A DNA stretch of 64,000 nt from the human T2T-CHM13v2.0 reference genome, Homo sapiens. The translations under genes were made by a program, and so were the position numbers. The notes under the pieces are model-generated. The model worked only from the letters and a program-made list of their open reading frames with translations. It ran no database searches and had not been told where the DNA came from. Position 1 is the stretch's first letter, and the number at the start of each line of letters is the position of its first letter. Shown here one piece after another: positions 52,770-64,000 of this stretch. Where the stretch lies: assembly GCF_009914755.1 (NCBI RefSeq), contig NC_060940.1; one strand, given 5' to 3'.

Positions 52770-52995
52770 ATATAATATCTGCTATATGCCAGGCACTGTT
52801 CTAAATGCTTTATAAATGTTGACTAATTTAATTCTCCCAAAGACCTATGAGGCAGGTGCTGTGATTATCATTACTCCCATTTTACAGATGAGGCCCAGAA
52901 AGGTTAAGCAAACTGCCCAAGGCCACAAAGCCTATAAGTGGCAGAGCTGGGATTTGAACTGAGACCAGCCAGCTCCATAGTCTGTGTCTTGACCA
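52770..52995 (-). mobile_element. MIR
   Basis: CCCATTTTACAGATGAGG ... GGCAGAGCTGGGATTTGAAC. Confidence 0.88.
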
Positions 52996-53569
52996 GCATG
53001 GCGCACACTGCCTATTTCATGCCAGTTATCTGCTGATGGTCATGATATAATATTTTTGAGACATGTTTATTGGAGTAAAAAATAGGAGGCAAGGTAAAGA
53101 TCAATAGTAAGTGGATAATTAATAGTAGCACCAGTGAAAACCTCAAACGCAATAGGCTAGTGGCAGGAGTTCTGGAACACTCCAGTGTGGCTGCAGGGAT
53201 ACAGCACATGGACCATGAAAGTTGAGTTGAGAGGATGGGAGGGGAAAGGTGTTGGAGGGCAGGAGTCTGCTCCAGCAGAGGCAAAGATGCATGACGAAGC
53301 CTGGGCTGCCGGGGAGACGATGAGTAATTCAGGGCAGTCAGCCAGTAATGGCAGGAAACCCGTGCACTGGTACAGCACTTCACAGTCCATGAAGCACTAC
53401 CACATCTGCTTTCTCACAGCCTCTTCTTCACTGCCAGGTGCAGTGAGCACTATTGTCCCCATTTCAGAGATGGTAACTGAGTTCAGAGAATAAAAGAGCC
53501 AGAGAAGAGCTACTATTTGCTTCAAGATCTTCTGGCTTCAAATTCTGAGCCCTTTTCTCAACTCCACTG

Positions 53570-54072
53570 TGTCAGGGATCTTTGGTGGCAAGTGACAGAA
53601 ATAGAATTCAACATGATTAAGCAACATAGGTGGTTTTTGGCTCATGGGAATGAGAAATCCACAGGGTGGACATCAGATATGGCTGGATCCAGGACCTCCC
53701 ATGATGCCATGGGGACTCCTGACCTGTATTTCTCAGTATGGCTGTCATTTTCAAGGAGGCTGTCTCTAAGAGGTGACAAAGATGGCTACAAGCTCTGAGA
53801 AGATACCAAAAAAAGTGTCAGTTTTCTAGAGTTCTAGAAAAAAAATCTCAGGACTGCTTTCACTGGCCTTGCCTGGGTTGACATCCATCCCTGATGCAAT
53901 CACTGTGGTCAGACAGATGGGGTGTTTTGATTGGCCAAGCCTGGGTCAGGAGCCCACTTTGTGGAGCATGGGGTGGAGTCAGCCTCAGGCAAACCACTAG
54001 AGGCAGCTCAGATAGAGGAGCTCTTTGGGAAGAGACGCCGGGCAGGCAGAAGCAGCAGGTACCCCCTCCACA
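53570..54072 (-). mobile_element. MLT1J/K-like solo LTR, antisense to IL21R, overlapping exon 1c
   Basis: TGTCAGGGATCTTTGGTGGCAAGTGACAGAAA (rc of LTR 3' end), ATGGCTGGATCCAGG, and GGGCAGGCAGAAGCAGCAG...CCACA (rc of LTR 5' end). Confidence 0.75.
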
Positions 54073-54100
54073 TCCCTAGGGCTCTGTGATGTAGGCAGAG
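53997..54100 (+). other. IL21R: IL21R alternative non-coding first exon 1c (5' end approximate)
   Basis: Strong donor GCAGAG|GTAAGA at 54101. GAAGCAGCAGGTACCCCCTCCACATCCCTAGGGCTCTGTGATGTAGGCAGAG matches the 5'UTR of IL21R cDNAs as recalled. Confidence 0.75.
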
Positions 54101-54125
54101 GTAAGAAATTAGGAGGGATGAGGAG

Positions 54126-54372
<247 letters not shown>

Positions 54373-55680
54373 TGAATCTGGGCAAAGGAGTTTGCACTTT
54401 TTGCTGTGCTGTGGTCAAGATAAAACCATCAGGGAGTGACGGGGACAGAGCTATGTCAGGACTCGCACCGTGGCTGGGGTGATGGATGTGGACAGAATAG
54501 TGAGGGGGCAGACACAGACTCCCCCTCCTGCGATCAGAGGCCACATCTTCAAAGTGTGATAACAGGACCTCTGCAGGGGTTGGAATCACACAGGATTCAT
54601 ATTCCTAAAAGCAGGTTGAAACTGCATCTACCTCAACATTATTTTATTTGAGTAGTGATGTTATTGCTTAGGATGATGCTGGAGTTAAATTTTTAAGTGT
54701 GCTTATCTATAGAAAATATATTAAAATATGTATTAAAATAAACAACAGTGCACACAATATACAAATATGGCCAAAATTTTGGATATGAGATATTTTGGCA
54801 ACTCTTGGCTAGATCATTCTGAGACCCCCTCTGTTTCTGAGGCTCTACCTTCTCCATCAATTACAGCTGTTGTTTGAGTGTTTATGTGATGGGGGCCATC
54901 TGCAGGGTTTTATGCAAATCACCTCCTTGAATTCTCACAAGCCTGGAAGCAGGCCTTGCTGTTTCCACTTTACAAGGCTCAGAGAGGGCAAGGGACTGGC
55001 CCGGAGCCACACAGCTGGTCATCTGAACCTTCCTGGCCCCCCAGCCTGTGCCCTGCCCCAGGGTTCTTTGATGGCTCTGTGAGGGAGGTCAGAGGGAACT
55101 ATGGATGGGGCCAGAGTAGGATCTTTGGGAACCCCGGCACAGAGGAGGAGGATCTTCCCCTTGTGGAGTCAGGGATGGCGTCTGGAGAAAGCCATGCCTG
55201 TGACTTGGGTCCTGCATGGGGCATCCCTCTTAGGTTTAGCTTTAGCTCCATTCTTGTCTATAGGGGCTGGTCTGGGAGGGGCTCCTGAGTCTGGGCAGGT
55301 GGACCACTGCCCTCTGGCTGGCACTTCCTCAAACAGACACAGAGCTGGTGGGTGAAACAGACAAGTCCCAGGAGAAGCCTGGCATCGCCAGACTGGTGGG
55401 GCATTCCTCTGCCCAAGACAGTAGAGGGCACTCTTTCTGGATAAACTCACTCTGCTCCCCAAAGAGGTTCCTTCTCCATCCTGGCCCAAATTAGGAGGTC
55501 AGGTTGTCTCTGTTTGGTCAGGCCTGGATTTCCTAGCATGCTCCCGAGTGGGCTAATCTGGGCTTTGTGATGGAGTAAGGAGCCTCATTATTGGGCTAAC
55601 CTTATCTTAAGTATTCAGCAGTGGTTAACTTTGTGGGTTAACTTTGGATTTATTATTCAGTAAGAAGCCAATTTATTGAT

Positions 55681-56000
<320 letters not shown>

Positions 56001-56228
56001 TTACAACATGGATGTTTATAGGAAGGAAGATCCAAAATTGCTCCTCAGCAGATCCCCCTTTCCAAACTAGTTTTTTCTCCTTTTCTCTCTCCCTTCCTCT
56101 CTTTTTCCCTCCCTCTTTCTTTGTTAGATAGATAAATACACAAGTTTAATTTCACACACAATGCTACATCAATAGGCTCAGCAAGGGCAAAATAGTCAGC
56201 AGTCTCCTCCCTCTTTAAATTCACCTTG

Positions 56229-56623
<395 letters not shown>

Positions 56624-56810
56624 CTAAGAGGTGGGAGTTCTTGGGGTCATCCACAGGCCCCTCGGGATCTTGCATTTTTCTTAAGACAGTTCCAAGAATC
56701 GGGGGCAAGTCTGCCTGGGAAGAGACAGGATGAGGGGGAGGCCGGGGGAGCCCTGAGCCCGCCTGGCTCACCCTCCACTGTACGTCTCTTGCAGGCCCGT
56801 GGGAGTCAGC

Positions 56811-56859
56811 ATGCCGCGTGGCTGGGCCGCCCCCTTGCTCCTGCTGCTGCTCCAGGGAG
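56811..56859 (+). CDS. IL21R: IL21R coding exon 2 (exon 56795-56859; start codon and signal peptide MPRGWAAPLLLLLLQG)
   Basis: Acceptor tctcttgcAG ends 56794, then 16 nt of UTR, ATG at 56811 and donor G|GTAAGT at 56860. Translation matches the known human IL-21R N-terminus. Phase 1 joins exon 3. Confidence 0.98.
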
Positions 56860-57273
56860 GTAAGTGGCTGCCCCGTGGTCTGCGGGTGGGGAGGGCCCCC
56901 ATCACAGAGCTGAGCCAGGGCCGGGCTGGCTTTCTGGGCTCAAAAACACGGCTAGAGTCCACAGATTCAGAAAAGATGACATCCATGCCCTTGAGGCTGA
57001 CACGAGTCCAGTAGCCGGCTCTCCACTAATCAGAATCCATCCACCAAAGGGCTCCATGAAACAGAAGCGGTAGACATGAGTCTCAGGTGGCCCAGCCCAC
57101 AGGCTTGTGTCTTCGGGTGTCACTGGGGGGATGAAAGGCTTCGTCCTTCATTTCCCCTGACCTCTGCCTTGGCTGGCTCCCAACTCTCTGAGTGAGGAAG
57201 TTCTGCCTTCCATCTAACCTCAGTTTCTCCTTATGTAATGACTCTCCTTGGAAATGTTTTTCAACAATTGCTG

Positions 57274-57592
57274 CACCGGGTGCGGTGGCTCCTACTGGAA
57301 TCCCAGCCCTTTGGGAGGCTGAGGAGGGTAGGTCGCTTGAGCTCAGGATCTCAAGACCAGCCTGGGCAACATGGTGAAGCCCTGTCTCTACAAAAGAAAA
57401 AAAATTAGCCAGGCATAGGAGCGCATGCTTGTAGTCTCAGCTTTTTGTGGGGCTGAGGCGGGAGGATTGCTTGAGCCTGGGAGGTGGAGGTTACAGTGAG
57501 TCAAGGTGACAACTGTACTCCAGCCTGGGCAACAGAGCGAGACCCTGTCTCAAAACAACAGCAACAACAACAACAATAAACAAACAAAAAAA
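57274..57592 (+). mobile_element. AluJ
   Basis: Dimer with CAA-type tail. Confidence 0.92.
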
Positions 57593-58244
57593 TCGCTAGA
57601 TTCTTAGCAGGCACTGGTGGTCCCTGGGCTGGGGACAGGAGGAAGAGCCAAAAGGAGACTGAACCTTGGTAGGCAGCCCCCAGAGGACCAGATGTTGTGG
57701 TTAGAGGGGGTGACGTTAGAAAGCAGAACTGGGAAGACCAGGAGTCCGACTGAAAGGGCACTGCCTAGGACTAAGAGATCCTGGAGGGCTTCCTGGAGGA
57801 GGGGGCCATGAGGAGGCGGGATCCAGCACAGACTTGTGTGGAGGCCGGCCTAGGGGCAGGGGAGGAACTCAACAGCTGCTCTGCTGACTCATGGGCATTT
57901 TTCTCTGGTTTTTACCAGAAGACCCAGGACCTCAAATAGCTCCTTCAGGAAACAGATGTCAAGCTTTGATTTTCCCTTTCTGAGTGGCAAGCATCCTCAT
58001 CTTGGTTCTAAAAAGCCTTTGGGTCACCCACCATGGCTCCACATCTGGCGGGTGCAGATAACAAGCCCTGGCTGCATGCAAAGCTCGGAGCGTCATCCCA
58101 TTCCACTGTCCCAACAGCCCCACAAGGCGCATGTTGTAATGACGCCCAGTTTTTTGGCTGAGGAGGCTCAGAGAGGCTAAGAGACAGGTGCATGGCCACA
58201 CTACCCGGAAGAGGCAGAGCTGGGATCAGTTTGCTCTTGGGGTC

Positions 58245-58920
<676 letters not shown>

Positions 58921-59923
58921 CGGCCTTCACCATGCTGTGCTGCTATCTGTGGAGTGATAGCCATGTGCGGGCAGCATGCAGGCACAGGCATGATCTCATC
59001 TCAACACCTCAACAGCCTCTAGGGCAAGCAGTGTCTCCGGCTTACACATGGGGAGGAGAAGCAGTTTTGAGTCACATGTTTGCAGTCACAGAGCTACTTT
59101 GTGCACCTCTCACTGCCTCCTGCACGCTTTCATAACCCCAGACATGGGATGGCCCTGGGGCTCTCTGCCCTGTGGCTGGGGTACTGACAGGGCATTTTCC
59201 CACCCTCTCATCCCTGGTGCCACCTCCCTGCCACTCGGGGGCTGCCGTTGCCTCCCCAAGTTTGGAGACAAACCCTGTCCCTTGGTAGCTTTGAGCCTGG
59301 CTAGGAATGGTAGCTCCTCTCCAAATTCCCAGAGCTCTGAGAAAGAACCACGAGGATACGAACTCAGAGATGACACAGCTACTTAGAGGCTCTGTGTTGA
59401 GGTTTTGCCAAAATCAGTCCTGTTTTCTCCACCAAGTGCTGGAACTATCTCCTTTTCACTCCACCGACAAGTTCTGTGTGTCTCCCTGAGGAAAGCCCCC
59501 TCCTAGAGCAAGATTTACTTCCATGACTCAGATCCCTTGGTAGCCACTGCCTCGAGAGAAGTTGAGAAGCATTCCGAGGTCACACCTAGGGGAGGGAGTG
59601 CTGTGATCCATTAGCAATATCTGTCATGTGTGCGGCTATGAAAAACTAGCACAGACTAGGTATTTCCTTCCCTGGGTGAGTGTCTCAGCAGCCCAGACCA
59701 AGAGAGACAAGAGGCATGGTCTAGTCTTGGAGCCTCAGTGTTCTCATCTCTACAATGAACTAAAGGATATTTCCAGACACAGTATTCTTGGCTCCGCATA
59801 TAGGTTCTGTCCTAGAGTGAGACCCAGGAAGGGAATCTACCACCACCACCTCAGGGGTCTTCATTAGTCCAGGGAAAATAGGAAAAAGCCACCAAAAATG
59901 AACCTACTTGAAAAGGGGAACAA

Positions 59924-60210
<287 letters not shown>

Positions 60211-61085
60211 AGAGGTGAGCGGTACAAGTTTCTAGTAAATAGCAGCAAAAAATAGTGGAATTGGCACTCGAATATACAAAACAAAGCTACAAATTATTCC
60301 ATTGATTTTGTCCACATTTAACAAAATGTAGATGATGATTGCACCCCTGTTTTAGAACACAGCGAAACAATTAATGTTTGGGGAGCAGGATGGAAAGGTG
60401 TTAAATCTTCCAACAAAATTGCCTCATAGGGCAATACCTAGAAGACTTCTTGGTGGCGGTGGCATTTTTGGCCGCAGGATCACGCAGACCTTTATGCAAA
60501 AGTGTCCGAGGGCTTTTTAATTCTCTCACGGTTTCCTACTCCTTGAAGCACTTCCTGAATCTCCGAGAGTGGGTGTCCTGTGGATCCAACTTCTGTAGAG
60601 CCGAGACCTCTTCCTTGTCAGGGTTTTGGGACATTTTCAGCATAGCTGTCCTTGACTCTATGAGGTCCTGACCCTCTTGGGGTGTGTGCGTGTGCTCTGG
60701 CTGGGTTCCTACCACATCTGGGGCATTTAGGATATTGCCATTCTGAGTGGGAGCTTGGCCAGGAGGGACACAGACCTCGTGGCCGGGCGCAGGGCTCTGG
60801 AGGAGGGTGCTGAGCTGGGGACCAGCTAGTTTTATATTATTTGCCATCACATGCATCCTGTCTTCATAGCCAGCCTTGAAACATTGGTGCTCAAACAAGG
60901 AATTTCCAGGTGGTGAGGCCCCCTGGGTGCCAGGCCTACATCTAAGCAGCTCCTGAGTCCTCATATTTGTCCCGGCCTGGGGACCCCTGCACCCATTCTT
61001 CCTCCAGCCCTCGAGGGGATGGAGAGGAAGCTCTGCAGTCCCAAGCCACCCCCCACCAAGGCCTCTCTCCCCACTGACCCTCCAG

Positions 61086-61188
61086 GCTGGGGCTGCCCCG
61101 ACCTCGTCTGCTACACCGATTACCTCCAGACGGTCATCTGCATCCTGGAAATGTGGAACCTCCACCCCAGCACGCTCACCCTTACCTG
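61086..61188 (+). CDS. IL21R: IL21R coding exon 3 (GWGCPDLVCYTDYLQTVICILEMWNLHPSTLTLTW; start of type I cytokine receptor ectodomain)
   Basis: Acceptor ccctccAG ends 61085, donor TG|GTAAGT at 61189. In frame with exon 2 and matches the known IL-21R sequence. Gene continues beyond the window. Confidence 0.98.
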
Positions 61189-61504
61189 GTAAGTAGCCGG
61201 GCCTCACCAGTCCCCGGGGATGCAATTCAGGGTGCCTGCTCAGTGATTCCCCCAGGAGGACACTGTGCACTGAGGACCACTGTGTCCGCCTTTCAGACAA
61301 CCACTCAGGGCTCACAGGACTTGAAAAGTCAGGAGCCCGCAGGGTTGGTCTATCCACCAGCTTCAAAGGCCACTCTCTCACCCACACAGGTCGGCCATGG
61401 TTTTGAGACCCCGGGATGGCTGGTTTCCCGCATGATTTTTCAAGCACTTAGGTACCAGGCCCCCAACTACACGCTTCCCATGAATGGTCACCCCCAACCC
61501 TCAC

Positions 61505-61632
61505 AATGATTACTCCCATTTTACAGATGAGGACATTGAGGTTCAGAGAGGTTAAGCAACTTGCCTAAGGTCACACAGCCAGTGAATGCTGGAGCTGGGA
61601 TTCAAATTCAGACCGCCCAACTCCAAAGTCCA
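61505..61632 (-). mobile_element. MIR
   Basis: CCCATTTTACAGATGAGGACATTGAGGTTCAGAGAGGTTAAGCAACTTGCCTAAGGTCACACAG. Confidence 0.9.
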
Positions 61633-61703
61633 TGGGTCCCTTTTAGACCCTATGCAGCTCAGGATAAAGAAGAGCTTCTGTTATCCATCAGCTCATTCAT
61701 TCA

Positions 61704-62020
<317 letters not shown>

Positions 62021-62171
62021 TGTATTAAGTTCCTGCCAGACACTGTTGCAGGCACTGGGGATTCAGCAGAGCAAGACTGACCAGGCCCCAGATGCCTTGG
62101 AACTGACGTACCACGGTGGGGCGGAGGCTGGGGGAGACAGACACACAAAACAACCAACAAGGTGCTTTCTC

Positions 62172-62966
<795 letters not shown>

Positions 62967-63528
62967 CAAACAGGATACTTTCTAATAATACTGGGTGCTA
63001 TATCAAGGACAGAACACTGGACCTCAGGTAAAGGGACCACAACTGCTAGTGAGAAGGAGGAAGCCAGGGAGCTGGGCAGAGGGCACTGCCAGTGCAAAGG
63101 CCCTGTGGGAGAAGAGCTGGTGCGTTTGAGGAATAGGGAGGAGGTCAGTGTGGCTGGAGTGGAGTGAGGCAGGGTGAGGGGGAATAAGGAGCAAGTTCAG
63201 GCTGGGAGGCTTGGAGAGCATTTATTCAGCAGGAACTTGTATTCCAGCAAATTTGGCAGAGAACTCAGTCCACACATCCCTACTGGGCCTAGAGAGTGGT
63301 CATGTTCAGATCCTGAACATCTAGGTAGGGAAATTAATATCCGGTAAACTACTATACATACTTCAAAACCCATCATTTTTGTCCAGTGGGAGTTAAAAAG
63401 CCACAGCATTTTCCCTAATCCCATCCCACCAACTTTCCCAGAAGTCCACCCAGAGGAGGAGATGAGGTTCATTTAGCTCTTTTCCTGGCCCTCAGCACAG
63501 GCTATTATTAGATATTCAGTGGATTTGG

Positions 63529-63820
63529 GGACTGGGCGAGGTGGCTCAGTCCTGTAATCCCAGCACTTTGGGAGGCCAAGGCTGGCAGATCACTTGAGCC
63601 CAGGAGTTTGAGACCAGCCTAAGCAACATGGTGGGACCCCATCTCTACAAAAAATACAAAAAGTTAGCTGGGCATGGTGGTGCATGCATGTAGTCCCAGG
63701 TACTGAGGAGGCTGAGGTGGGAGGATCAGCTGAGCCTGGGAAGGTCGAGGCTGCAGTAAGCCATGATCACACTACTATACTCCAGCCTGGGGCCAGAGTG
63801 AGACCCTGTCTCAAAAAAAT
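63529..63820 (+). mobile_element. AluJ
   Basis: TSD TGGAT(T/G)TTGG. Confidence 0.92.
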
Positions 63821-64000
63821 GGATGTTGGACAGAAAGGAGAGAAGGAAACCCAAAATGCCTAGCGCCCTTCCTGCAGGACAGCCATCTGGTTGTTGGGAC
63901 CAACAGGGACAGATTTAGGCTTAGTCCAAGCAAGAATGGCCCAAATTTCCAAAATTGAGAGCTGCTGCCCTAAATGAGGTAGTGAGTTCCTGGCCCCTGG

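Noticed and set aside
60536-61447. 303-aa antisense ORF overlapping exon 3
   Set aside because: Non-ATG start, no domain, GC-rich antisense shadow. Its similarity to ORF 62715-62969 only reflects the 158-bp duplication.

Overview
Primate genomic DNA, recognisable as human (Alu/L1/MIR/L2/MaLR-rich, no prokaryotic features). It holds the 5' half of IL21R (interleukin-21 receptor) on the + strand and ~29 kb of repeat-rich upstream sequence (from prior knowledge, the IL4R-IL21R interval on 16p12). Coding exon 2 (56795-56859, ATG 56811) and exon 3 (61086-61188) splice to MPRGWAAPLLLLLLQGGWGCPDLVCYTDYLQTVICILEMWNLHPSTLTLTW. Three alternative first exons can splice to exon 2: 1a (ends 29365), 1b (ends 29967, adds 22 aa in frame) and 1c (ends 54100, starts inside an antisense MLT1 LTR). 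Intron 1 holds a four-level nested transposon stack including an Hsmar2 mariner and a Tigger3. Almost all other ORFs in the track are repeat-derived or chance. I see no new protein-coding system. The most unusual signals are: (1) several locally templated insertions whose donors lie inside the window, two of them at the same position of two different Alus; (2) an LTR-derived alternative promoter; (3) exon 2+3 geometry (168 nt, stop-free if circularised, flanked by inverted Alus); (4) a possible ancient L1 3' transduction; (5) dense immune-TF motif clusters. Repeat subfamilies were called by eye from remembered consensus sequences, and their boundaries are approximate.
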